Positions 46,995 to 59,100 of a stretch of DNA of 64,000 nucleotides are shown one piece after another (positions within the stretch are counted from its first letter, which is position 1; every line of letters starts with the position of its first letter). The position numbers and the translations under genes are program-made. The notes under the pieces are model-generated. The model searched no databases and was not told where the DNA came from. It was given only the letters and a program-made list of their open reading frames with translations. Source of the DNA: Heptranchias perlo (Eukaryota); the NCBI RefSeq assembly GCF_035084215.1, contig NC_090355.1:4588001-4652000 (forward strand), given 5' to 3'.

Positions 46995-48170
46995 GGCAGC
47001 AGTACTGAGCGAGTGCTGCATTGTCGGAGGTGCAGTCTTTCAGGTGAGACGTTAAACGGAGGCCTCACTTGTCTGTGCACGTGGATGTAACAGATCCCAC
47101 AGCGTTATTCAAGAACAGCAGGAAAGATCTCCCAATGTTGTGGCCAATATTTATGCCTCAGCCAACATCACAAAAAAAAATTAACTAGTCATTTATTCCA
47201 ATACTTTTTGTGAGACCCAGCTGTCCACAAATAGAAACATAGAAAATAGGAGCAGGAGTAGGCCATTCAGCCCTTCGAGCCTGCTCCGCCATTCAATATG
47301 ATCATGGCTGATCCTCTATCTCAATACCATATTCCCGCTCTCTCCCCATACCCCTTGATGCCTTTTGTGTCTAGAAATCTATCTAGCTCCTTCTTAAATA
47401 TATTTAGTGACTTGGCCTCCACAGCCTTCTGTGGTAGAGAATTCCACAGGTTCACCACCTTCTGAGTGAAGAAATTTCTCCTCGTCTCAGTCCTACCCCC
47501 TATCCTGAGACTGTGACCCCTCGTTCTGGACCACCCCCCAGCCAGGGGAAACATCCTCCCTGCATCCAGTCTGTCTAGCCCTGTCAGAATTTTATATGTT
47601 TCAATGAGATCCCCTCTCATTCTTCTAAACTCGAGAAAATACAGGCCGAGTCGACCCAATCTCTCCTCATACAACAGTCCTGCCATCCCAGGAATCAGTC
47701 TGGTGAACCTTCGCTGTACTCCCTCTATGGCAACTATATCCTTTTTTATGTAAGGAGACCAAAACTGCACACAATACTCCAGGTGTAGTCTCACCAAGGT
47801 CTTGTATAACTGCAGTAAGACATCCTTGCTTCTGTACTCAAATCCTCTTGCAATGAAGGCCAACATACCATTTGCCTTCCTAACTGCTTGCTGCACCTGC
47901 ATGTTTGCTTTCAGTAACTGGTGTACAAGGACACCCAGGTCCCTTTGTACATCAACATTTCCCAATCTATCACCATTTAATTAATACTCTGCCTTTCTGT
48001 TTTTCCTTCCGAAGTGGATAACTTCACATTTACCCACGTTATACTGCATCTGCCATGTACTTGGCTGCCACGTTCACCTAAATAACTTCAAAAGTAACTG
48101 GCGGACTGAGAAGAACTGGGACATCCCGGTGATGTGAAAGACACTATATAAATGGAAGTTCTTTCTTTCT
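46995..48170 (+). mobile_element. Deu-domain SINE split by a CR1 insertion
   Basis: 46995-47231 and 48061-48170 join (..CACAAAT|TGGCTGCC..) into the SINE seen at 4587-5030. Confidence 0.8.
47230..48062 (-). mobile_element. young CR1 3' fragment
   Basis: Uninterrupted 214-aa ORF2 C-terminus (47965-47321); (ATAGAAAC)-type tail. Confidence 0.93.
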
Positions 48171-48777
48171 GGTGAAGGGACAACAAACATAAAAACACAC
48201 AGACAACACCTATACATAGAAGTTACAACACAACCACTCCATCTAAGCATTAAACCTCCACACAAGCAAATAGATCTAATCAAATTTACCTAACCTGCTC
48301 CCATATCCCTTCATCCACCTATCCAATCTAATCTTGAATGTTGACATAGTTTCTGCCTCAGCCACTGACCCAGGAAGTGAATTTCATATCCTCACAATTC
48401 CATGTAAAGCAGTATCTCCTGCTCTCTGTTCTAAATCTCTTGAAAACTGTGTGCTTATATCTACCCTGTCTCATCCTTTCATAATTTTAAACACTATCAT
48501 ATCGCCCTGTAATCTGCGTTGTCTAACAGAAAAAAGACCCAATTTTTCCAAGTCTTTCTTCATATTTTATTTCCACACGCGATAGCATCCTCATGAATCT
48601 GCATTGTACCCTTTCTAAAGCCTCAATATCCTTCCTATAGTGTGGAGCCCAATACTGCACAGTACGCTAATTGAGGAATTATGAAAGTTTTATATAGGGT
48701 CCTCATTACCACTTGGCTTTTATATTCTCTACCTCTTGTGATGAAACCTTATACTGAAAAGCTGTGCCCTAACCAAA

Positions 48778-49155
48778 GAAGACTTGCATTTATTTAGTGC
48801 CTTTCATGACCTCAGGACTCCTCAAAGCACTTTACAACAAATTAAGTATTTTTTTTTTAAGTGTAGTCACGGTTGTAATGTAGGAAACACAGCAATTTGC
48901 ACACAGCAAGGTCCCACAAACAGCAACTTGATAATGACCAGATAATCTGTTTATAGTGATGTTGGTTGAGGGATAAATATTGGCCAGGACACCGGGCAGA
49001 ACTCCCCTGCTCTTCTTCAAATGGTGCCATGGGATCTTTTATGTCCATCTGAGAGGGCAGTTTAATGCCTCATCTGAAAGACGGCACCTCCGACGGTGTA
49101 GCACTCCCTCAGTACTACACTGGAGTGTCAGTCTGGAAGTTGTGCACAAGTCCCT
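48778..49155 (-). mobile_element. Deu-domain SINE
   Basis: Reverse complement of 4660-5030. Confidence 0.85.
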
Positions 49156-49514
49156 GGTCTTCCTGAAAGTAAGGTCTCCATTCATTGTAACCCAGGCCTA
49201 TGGAGGAGGGCCATATGCATGCATCCCACACGCACCACAGCGCAGCAGGCTCACACATGCAGTCGCGTCGACTGCCACCACTATCTATGGCGGTAGTAAT
49301 ACATTCTGCTACTGCCACCGACAGGATGTGGGAGGACAATACTTACCTAACCCTTTGTCTGGAATGTGTAATTTAATCCAGTCTGCTGCAGTAATTGAAG
49401 CTCTCTGGAATGTGTAATTTGATCCAGTCATTGTCTGGCAGGCTAGAGTTCAGCGAACGCACAGCGCTGACACTAACGAGTTCAGCGAACGCACAGCGCT
49501 GACACTACCGAGTT

Positions 49515-49965
49515 CAGATAGGAAGGTATGAGGCCATGAAGGGATTTCAATACAAGGATGAGAATTTTAAAATCAAGGTGTTCACGGACCAGGAGCCAAT
49601 GTAGGTCAGCGAGCACAGGGGTGATGGGTGCACAAGACTTGTTGCGAGTTAGGATATGTGCAGCAGAGTTCTGGATGATCTCAAGTATATTGAGGGTGGA
49701 AGATGGGAGGCCGGCCAGGAGAGCACTGGAATAGTTAAGTGTAGAGGTAACAAAGACATGGATGAGGGTTTCAGCAGCAGATGAGCTGAGGCAGGGGCGG
49801 AGGTGTTACGGAGGTGGAAGTAGGTTGGTGATGGAACAGATGTGTGGTCGGAAGCTCATTTCGGTCAAATAGAATGCCAAGGTCTGGTTCAGCCTCAGAC
49901 AGTAGCCAGGGGAGGGATAGAGTCTAGGGAACAGAGTTTGTGGTGGGGACCGAAGACAATGGCTT
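49515..49965 (-). mobile_element. L2 fragment
   Basis: Reverse complement of 33170-33640. Confidence 0.8.
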
Positions 49966-51211
49966 GAGGACAGGGGAGAGGGGCCTTGGAAGGGTAAAGA
50001 GAAAAGACGAAAAAAGGGAAAATAGAAGCGATGGGCTTAGGTCCGGAGCGGCAGTCAAAATGGGCACATGAATGGACACAGGGAAACTCAAGTTACATAG
50101 GCGTGGTTATGTAGCAAGCTTAGGATAGATATGTCCTGGTAATAAACAGGGAAGAGAGAGGAGGCAATAGGAGGGTGTCCAAAGTTAAAGTCAGAGGTCC
50201 CGTGATGGGATACGGTTGACGTAGATAGGGTGGAGTCAGCTTGGAGCTTCGACGAACTGCTGTCCAGGTTCAGAGACAGATGTGGAGGGCAAGCCAATAG
50301 GTTGCCTCCAATTCCATGTGCTCTCATTTTTGTTAACAGTCTACGTGGAACCTTGTCGAATGCTATCAGCATGATCTGATTAAAAACTCCCACCAAATTC
50401 CCTTCTGCTGGAGGGGTGAGGCCTCCACATTGCGCAGCCTCGCAGCTCGCTTCGACTCTGAAAACACTCCACTCCAGGCCAACCCAGCAATTGACTCGTG
50501 GGCCTCTTCAAACATGTAGCCCCATGAACGGGCACTGCAAGATCATACGGGGGGTGCTGCAGCTGTTTCTCTGAGAGGCTGAATTTGACAAATCCACAGC
50601 ATTGCCTATTTTACATAACTTGAGCTACAAGGTTGGTTTAGTGAGGCACATTTCATTTAACGAGAACGGGTGAGGGTGACGTCATTGGAAGTGAGGTCAC
50701 TAGCGGAGCCATAGCTTTTTAGCATGTGCTGAGAGTGATGTCATCGGGTGGCCCAGCGCACACGCAGGAGGACATCACAGGTCGATCGAAAACCAGAAGT
50801 CCCCACACTGTCACTAATCACTCCCGTCAAAGAGCTGCGGTGACTGATTGGACATCGTGTGTGGGCCATGGATTGTTTTCAGATTTACTGGATAGAAAGT
50901 GGGGGCGGGTCACCTTTTACATTACAAAGTGAATAGTAGCACTGCGCGCGCACTGAGCTTTCCAAGAAATCAACTCGCTGCCGTTCATGCTCAAGAGCGA
51001 GATCCAGGTCTAACGGTTGGGAGGAGAACAGCGTGATCCAGGTCTAACAGGGGGAGCAGATGAATGTGATCCAGGTCTAACGGTGGGGAGGAGGAGAGCG
51101 TGATCCATCTCCCCATCTGTTCTCCCTCTCTTACCCCTCCTTATACCTGGATCACATTCTCTCCTCTTCCCCCCCCTGCTTGCTCCCACCCAGCTCCCCC
51201 CTTCCCCTGCT

Positions 51212-51612
51212 GCTGGAGTTTAGAAGAATGAGAGGTGATCTCATTGAAACATATAAAGATTGAGAGGGCTTGACAGGGTAGATGCAGAGAGGCTATTTCC
51301 CCTGGCTAGAGAGTCTAGAACAAGTAAGCATAGTCTCAGAATAAGGGGTTGGACATTTATGACTGAGATGAGAAATTTCTTCACTCAGAGGGTTGTGAAT
51401 CTTTGGAATTCTCTACCCCAGAGGGCTGTGGATGCTCAGTCGCTACGTACATTTAAGACTGGGATCAATAGATTTTTGGACTGTAAGGGAATCAAGGGAT
51501 ATGGGGATCCTCCAAGAAAGTGGAGTTGAGGTCAAAGATCAGCCATGATCTTACTGAATGGTAAAGCAGGCTCGAGGGGCAGGATGGCCCACTCCTATTT
51601 CTTATGTTCTTA
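51212..51612 (+). mobile_element. CR1 3' fragment
   Basis: [16 protein letters not shown]...[14 protein letters not shown] plus TTCTTATG tail. Confidence 0.9.
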
Positions 51613-51759
51613 TACTTCTGCTTCCCCCATTCCCCCGCCCGTCGCTGCTTCTGCTACCCCCTTCTAGCACTGTTTCTGCACCCCCTTCCCTGCCTCCTTC
51701 TCCCCTTCCTCCATGCTCTGCTCTTCCTCTCCCCTCCCTTACGGCTACCTGCTATATCT

Positions 51760-52400
51760 TCGGTGCTCGGCCTCCAGTCCGCGCTTTTAGCGAGCGGCAA
51801 AGGGGACAGTTGGTGACCTACAATGCGCGTGCGCGGTCCCAACACGCAGCGGTCCCGAGTGCGCATGCGCTATCCCCTGGCGCTGCTCACGGCGCGCATC
51901 GACCCACCTGTGCCCGACCCTCACTGGAGGGGGAGGGGGGGGGGTTCGGGGCGGCTGGTTACCAGGGCCGACCAACGGCGTCGGACCGATCCCGCTCGAC
52001 CAAAGGCCCCCGCCCCCCGAGCATTAATAACGGGACCTCAAACTGACAAGATACGCGCTGCAACCGGACAGTAAATGAAACGATTACTTTATAATAATTA
52101 ATGACAGTTGATTTATAATAAGCACATCTCCGTCCGCCGCGCCGCACTCACCTGGCCACTCGCTCGAGCGCAGCATCAGGCAGCCTCTCCAGCTTTGACC
52201 CCACCCACTCTCTGACCCCGCTCACAAACTGCGTGACTGGCTGCCGGGAGGTCACGTGACCAATGCCATTCCCGCCTCTTCTCATATTTCCGACATCGCC
52301 CGCGCGCTGCGCCTGGTTCACAGACGATGAGACCGGGAGAGTGATGCGGGCGGGAGCTTTAAAAAAAACACGTGTGTTTCGCTCTCTACCCCCAACTTAA
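51760..52400 (-). promoter_or_regulatory. POLE3 CpG-island promoter
   Basis: CpG-rich. Palindromic E-box GGTCACGTGACC 52250-52261 overlapping CCAAT; E2F-like TTCCCGCC 52269-52276; GGCGG-N4-TTTAAA 52349-52363; second CACGTG 52369-52374; NRF1-type TGCGCATGCGC 51860-51870. Confidence 0.75.
52152..52240 (-). other. POLE3: probable non-coding first exon of POLE3
   Basis: Consensus donor CAG|GTGAGT at 52152/52151 inside a CpG island. The ATG exon has its own acceptor at 46507, so an upstream non-coding exon is needed. The 5' boundary is approximate. Confidence 0.6.
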
Positions 52401-52455
52401 CAAATCCATATCCAGCGTCCGAGAGTAAAAGCCTCCAGCATCTATTAGCCTCATA

Positions 52456-53472
52456 TTTTTTTTTATATTCGTTCATGGGATGTGGGCGTCACTGGTGAGG
52501 CCAGCATTTATCGCCCATCCCTAATTGCCCTTGAGAAGGTGGTGGTGAGCCGCCTTCTTGAACCGCTGCAGTCCGTGTGGTGAAGGTTCTCCCACAGTGC
52601 TGTTAGGAAGGGAGTTCCAGGATTTTGACCCAGCGACAATGAAGGAACGGCGATATATTTCCAAGTCGGGATGGTGTGTGACTTGGAGGGGAACGTGCAG
52701 GTGGTGTTGTTCCCATGTGCCTGCTGCTCTTGTCCTTCTAAGTGGTAGAGGTGCTGCAGTGCATCCTGTGGATGGTACACACTGCAGCCACTGTGCGCCG
52801 GCGATGAAGGGAGTGAATGTTTGGGGTGCTGGATGGGGTGCCAATCAAGCGGGCTGCTTTGTCCTGGATGGTGTCGAGCTTCTTGAGTGTTGTTGGAGCT
52901 GCACTCATCCAAGCAAGTGGAGAGTATTCCATCACACTCCTGACTTGTGCCTTGTAGATGGTGGAAAGGCTTTGGGGAGTCAGGAGGTGAGTCACTCGAT
53001 GCAGAATACCCAGCCTCTGACCTGCTCTTGTAGCCACAGTATTTATATGGCTGGTCCAGTTAAGTTTCTGGTCAATGGTGACCCCCAGGATGTTGATAGT
53101 GGGGGATTCGGCGATGGTAATGCCGTTGAATGTCAAGGGGAGGTGGTTAGACTCTCTCTTGTTGGAGATGGTCATTGCCTGGCACTTATCTGGCGCGAAT
53201 GTTACTTGCCACTTATCAGCCCAAGCCTGGATGTTGTCCAGGTCTTGCTGCATGCGGGCTCGGACTGCTTCATTATTTGAGGGGTTGCGAATGGAACTGA
53301 ACACTGTGCAGTCATCAGCGAACATCCCCATTTCTGACCTTATGATGGAGGGAAGGTCATTGATGAAGCAGCTGAAGATGGTTGGGCCTAGGACACTGCC
53401 CTGAGGAACTCCTGCAGCAATGTCCTGGGGCTGAGATGATTGGCCTCCAACAACCACTACCATCTTCCTTTG
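52456..53472 (-). mobile_element. young copy of the second LINE family, directly upstream of the POLE3 promoter
   Basis: 254-aa ORF with [10 protein letters not shown] and FADD; near-identical to 40005-41048; poly-A tail at 52456-52463. Confidence 0.9.
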
Positions 53473-53952
53473 CACTTGGGAGTTATCTCTTTCTATCTTC
53501 ATTTATCTGTTAGTATTTAGTTTCACAGGTTTATTCTCTTATATACAGTGATTAACGCTTAGAGCAGGGTCATATTCATTATTTTAGTGATTGAATGTTG
53601 TTCCATTTTCACTGTGGAGATTTCACTCTTTACACACACCAACCTAGAAAAGTTGATACTTTTGCTGACAGCCCCCAAAAAGCTGTCCCTGAATAAAAGT
53701 CTCTGACACATGAAAGCAAGTCATCCATGCCTTTGTTACTTCCAGACTGGACTACTCCAATGCTCGCCTGGCCGGCCTCCCGTCTGCCACCCTCCATAAA
53801 CTTGAGCTCATCCAAAACTCTGCTGCCCATTGAAAACACTCCTGTGAAGCGCCTTTGGTCGTTTTATTACATTAAAGGCGCTATATAAATGCAAGTTGTT
53901 GTTGTTATATTGAATGCCTAACACACCAAACATTCCTTCACACTTAAGTAAA

Positions 53953-54262
53953 AAGAAAGACTTGCATTTATATAGCACCTTTCATGACCTCAGGCCGTCA
54001 GAAGGCGTTTACAGCCAATGAAGTACTTTTGCAGTCACTGTTGTAATGTAGGAAACACGGAAGCCAATTTGCAATTTGCACGATCCTACAAACAGCAATG
54101 TGATAATGACCAGATAATCTGCTTAAGTGATGTTTGTTCAGGGATAAATATTGGCAAACGCCATTGCTCTTCTAAGAAATAGCGTCATTGGATTTTTTAC
54201 GTGCACCTGAGGGGGCAGACGGGGCCTCGGTTTAACGTCTCATCTGAAAGACGGCACCTCAG
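53953..54262 (-). mobile_element. Deu-domain SINE
   Basis: Reverse complement of 4720-5030; an L2 tail on the plus strand lies just left (53720-53907). Confidence 0.8.
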
Positions 54263-55114
54263 ACGTGAAACCTGAAAGGGTATTCAAGTTTTTAAGGCAC
54301 CAGTTTTATTTTTGTGGGGGGATGGGTGGGTCTGAGACATGATCACCCAGGAAATTTAGATTTTGACACTTTATTTGTATATTCCAAAATACCGGAAAAT
54401 GTATCAAAGAACTTGGGCATTGCAATGTTTTCATCTGAAGAGGCAGGGACTTTTGTTCAACTTCATTGAAAACTACACTTGTCATTTTTCAGAATGATTG
54501 ATTTATCTTCACATTTTGAAACTTCTTGCTCCCAGTTGCAGTGGATAATTTATTATTAGGAGTTTTTTTAATTGCCTAATAGTAAAAAGGGGATTCAACC
54601 CAGTCTTATTGATCACAGAATCATTTTAGTTAAGGCTTCACAGTTGTAACAGTCCTTCCAAATGCTGCCTCCTGTTCGAACATTTCCCTCTTCGTCTTTA
54701 AGATCCTCCTTAAAGCACACTTCTTCAACCAAGCTTTTAGTCACCCCTCCTTCTCTGGCTCAGCGTCCATTTTTACCATGTGTCTTGCACCTTGGGCCGT
54801 TTTTTCTAAGTTAAAGGCACTATATAAATGCGAGTCGTTGTTGCCGTAGCAATAGGTGAACTTAGAAATTACTGATAGGGATGTTTATACAAAGAACAGA
54901 AATTTATTTTCTAAAGGCATGTTCCCCCAGGGTGTTATTTTGCCCACTTTCTGGTATTCTGGGGCTGACAGGCATTCTGCCTTTCAAGATAAAAATAATT
55001 CCTCCAGGAAGGATTACAGATATTCTAAGTATAAAATAAACACTGCTGTATGGACTTCAGTACAACGTTAGAGGGTGAAGTTAACATAAACAAACTAACA
55101 GCATGGCAGTCTGA

Positions 55115-55447
55115 GAATTTGAACTCAGTTTAAAAAGCTGGTATCAGTAAAAAAAAATGGCCATGAAGTTGTCGGATTGTCGTAAAATCCCAGGTGGTTC
55201 ACTAATGCCGTTTAAGGAAGGAAACCTGCCGTCCTTCCCCGTTCTGGCCTGTATGTGACTCCAGTTGCACACCGATGTGGTTGACTCTTAACTGCCCTCT
55301 GAAGTGGCCTAGCAAACCCCTCGGTTGTATCAAAAAGCGGTTCAAGAAGGTGGCCCACCACCACCTTCTCAGGGCAACTAGGAATGGGCAATAAATGCCG
55401 GCCTCGCCAGCGACGCCCACATTCCGAGAATGAATAGTAAAAAAAAA
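55115..55447 (+). mobile_element. SINE (MER131-like core) with 3' tail of the second LINE family
   Basis: Tail 55338-55440 matches 40943-41040. Confidence 0.7.
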
Positions 55448-56199
55448 CTCTGTTAAAATAGCAAATAGAAAAGTGTCAAGTGAACGCACTGAGCTTTCAC
55501 GATAAACAGCTGAGATAGAGAGGGATGAACATCAGAGGCCTATACACAGACATCAGTGAGAGACAGACGGACAACAGAGAGAGAAAGACACACTAATAGC
55601 AGAAACATGCAGACAGCATGAAATCAAAGCAATGAGAAAAGCAGAAGAGACTGCGAAAGGAAACAAAGAAGGCATAAAAAAGGTGAAAAACATTAAACAA
55701 TATATATTGAATCTTACATCATAAGTTTTTCTGCCTACACTGAGAACACAGCAAAAAAAAAGGCACAGAAAAAGTTTAATTCCATGCAGGAAAACCAGAG
55801 AGCAGGTACAGGGAAAAATACATATAGTAGATAGGAGATCTGACTGTGGTACAGAAAGCATTGGTATTCGCAGTACTTTTCTGGTCCAGTAGGAGTGTGC
55901 TTCTGGAGTTGGAGTCAAGGCACACTGCTGGGATCATGTAGAGGCCTTAGGCCAATGTCTGAGCTGCCTCTGACCTGGGAAGCGGTCAGTGGATTGCAAA
56001 AGGTGTTTCATTCTCCATTATCGACATCCTTCACCTTGATCAGCGCAATAATTCACCAAAGAGCATACGATGTTCCTGAATCGTAGAATATCGCCGGTAT
56101 CTCGTAGGTAAAAGAAAGTCACAATGTCCTGCACAGGTAACATTTTAATATAAAAGAAAGAACCAGCTTGCGTTGCTAATTTTCCTTGTATCCGTAGTG

Positions 56200-59100
56200 C
56201 TAAACCTCTGGCCCACCTTGATCCGTCTCTCCAACAGGTGGAGATGCTGTTTCAGTGGGAACTGTTGTAACTTGTTCTTCAACGCTTTTGGCAACTACAA
56301 TGCCATTCTGGTGATCCTCAGACCTTTCACGATTCCTCTGTTCCAGGATCACAAGTCTACTTTCAGTGGCAGCTTCCGGACCTTCCTGTTCACTCCTTTC
56401 GGCAATTGGAAGGCTGATCTGGTCCTCAGATCCTGCCTGTTCCAGAAGTGGAGACCCCATTTCAGTGGCAGCTTCCGGACCTTCCTGTTCACTCCTTTCG
56501 GCAATTGGAAGGCTGATCTGGTCCTCAGAGCCTGCCTGTTCCAGAAGTGGAGACTCCATTTCAGTGGCAGCTTCCGGACCTTCCTGTTCACTCCTTTCGG
56601 CAATTGGAAGGCTGCTCTGGTCCTCAGAGCCTGCGTGTACCAGAAGTGGAGACCCCATTTCAGTGGCAGTACTGAGATCTTGCTCTTTGATCCACTTTAC
56701 ATTTTGCACTTCATCTCCTGGGTGACAGTAAAACAATGTCAAATATTTGCAGCTTAGTAGAAATACAGGTGAAAGGTCACTCTGCAACTTATTACTCAAG
56801 GGATCCTGTCATTAATTGCTCTACTATATACCGCTATCTTAGACATAAAGCATTTTTTGGGGAGCTTGGATATCTGAGTTTTCTCTTATTGAATCATACA
56901 GCACAGAAGGAGGGCATTCAGTTAGCTCTTTGAAAGAGCAATCCAATTAGTCCCACTCCCCTGCTCTTTCCCGTAGTCCTGCAATTTTTTCCCCTTCATG
57001 TATTCATTCCAGTCCCTTTTGCAAGTTACTACTGAATCTGCTTCCACCACCCTTTCAGGCAAAACCCCACATGATTTTGAACACCTCTATTAAATCTCCC
57101 TTGAACCTTCTCTGCTGTAAGGGGAACCATCCCAGTCTCTCCACATAACTGAAGGCCCTCACCCCTGATACTATTCTGGTAAATCTCCTCTGCACCCTCT
57201 CCAAGACCTTGACATCCTACCTAAAGTGTGGTGCCCACCAGCTGAGGCTGAGGCTGCTGTCCTCTGAGAGGAAAGTTTCACACACATGAAGGAGTACATG
57301 ATGGATATGTCCTCATGGTAAGTCCATACCCCAGTTAAAACTCACACATTGTTCTAAAAATTGGCTTTAGGAATAGAATCGCAAATGTGTTTTTATCCCA
57401 AAACAGTCTTTTTTTTCCCAGAAGACCAAAGTGATTGTTCCTGGGGAATGGGATTCTTTCCATCTTTGGCACTTCTCCTCCTCTCTCTGCTCCTTAAAAA
57501 TGCTCCTTAAAACCTGCCTCTTTGAACAAGCATTTGGTCACCTGTCCTAATATCTCCTTATGTGGCTTGGTGTCAAATTGTGCCTGATTACGCTCCTGTG
57601 AAGCGTTTTGGGATGTTTTACTATGTTAAAGGTGCTATATAAACACAAGTTGTGGTTATTGTTGTTAAATACCTCCTACTATTCCACCGTGACATTCCCA
57701 ATTTCCACATCAGCCATCCTTGTAGCCTGAATGAAACTGACAATTAGTGCTGAATTAAGGCCAGTTTTGTACAGCGGACCCAAGCCCATTAGAAACTAGA
57801 CTGAAAGTGCACATAGAACCCTTATGGCTAGCAGGCAGAGAGAACTTTCATCTCAACAATCTGGGGTGGAATCAAACCTAGGACTCAGGTGCAAGGACAG
57901 AGTGCTATTGTCTCCAGTAAGAACGTAGTCAGCTCCCTTTAGCCTACATGTCATAAACATGCCTTAAGTTATAAAACAGCGAGTCCTCCAATTCACTGTG
58001 AGCAACACCACGCGATATTTGCTATACACATAAAAGAATTTAGACAAGCATGTAGCAAAGGTAGAGTGGTTTCAGTGGGGAATTTTAACTTTCATATACA
58101 TTGGGATAAGCAGACGAGCTCATGTCAGAAAGGTGGCAAATTTCTTGAGTGTTCAGGACAGCTTTCTGCAACAATATATCCTAGAACCAACAGGGGGCAG
58201 GCCATACTAGATTTAATAATGAGTAATGAGCCAGATTTAGTTAACAACCTAATGGTCCGTGAACATTCAATAGCGATCATAATATGATCAAGTTCAACAC
58301 TGTGTTTGAAAGGGAGAAACCCGTATCAGCTACTAAGATTCTAAATTTAGGCAAGGCCGACTTCAACGGGACGAGACAGAGATGGTCCACAGTAAACTGG
58401 GTAAATCTGTTAATGGGTAAAATGACAGAAGATCAGTGGGGGGTGTTCAAAAAAGAATTTAACGTGGTACAGAACCAGTTTATACCCCTAAGGGGCAAAA
58501 GCTCTATTTGCTAAAAAAAAACTGCCATGGATGACAAAAGAGGTAAGGGGCAACATAAGACTAAAAGAAAAAGCCTACAAAAATGCAAAACGTAGCACAG
58601 ATCCTGGCGACTGGGAGAGATACAAAGAACAGCAAAGGGTGACAAAACAGATAGTAAGAGCTACAAAAAGGGGAGTATGAAAAGAAACTTGCAAGGGGTA
58701 TCAAAATCAACACAAAAAAAATTTACAATCATATTAGGAAAAAGAGGGTGGTCAAGAGCAATGTGGGCCCCTTAAAAACTGATAATGGTGATACTGTAAA
58801 TGAAAATAAGGAAATGGCAGACATGTTAAATAATTACTTTGCATCAGTATTTACAGTAGAGGGAGAGGATGGTATGCCAGACACCCCAAGGAAACTAATT
58901 TTGAATCAGGGATGGGGACTCACCATAATTAATGTAAACAAATTAACAGTAATGAAGAAAATAATGGCACTGGTGACAAATCCCCAGGACCAGATGGTTT
59001 CAATCCCAGGTTTTTAAAGGAAGTAGGTGAGAACATTGCAGATGCCCTAACTATAATCTTCCAAAGTTCTCTCGATTCAGGAACCATTACTTTAGATTGG

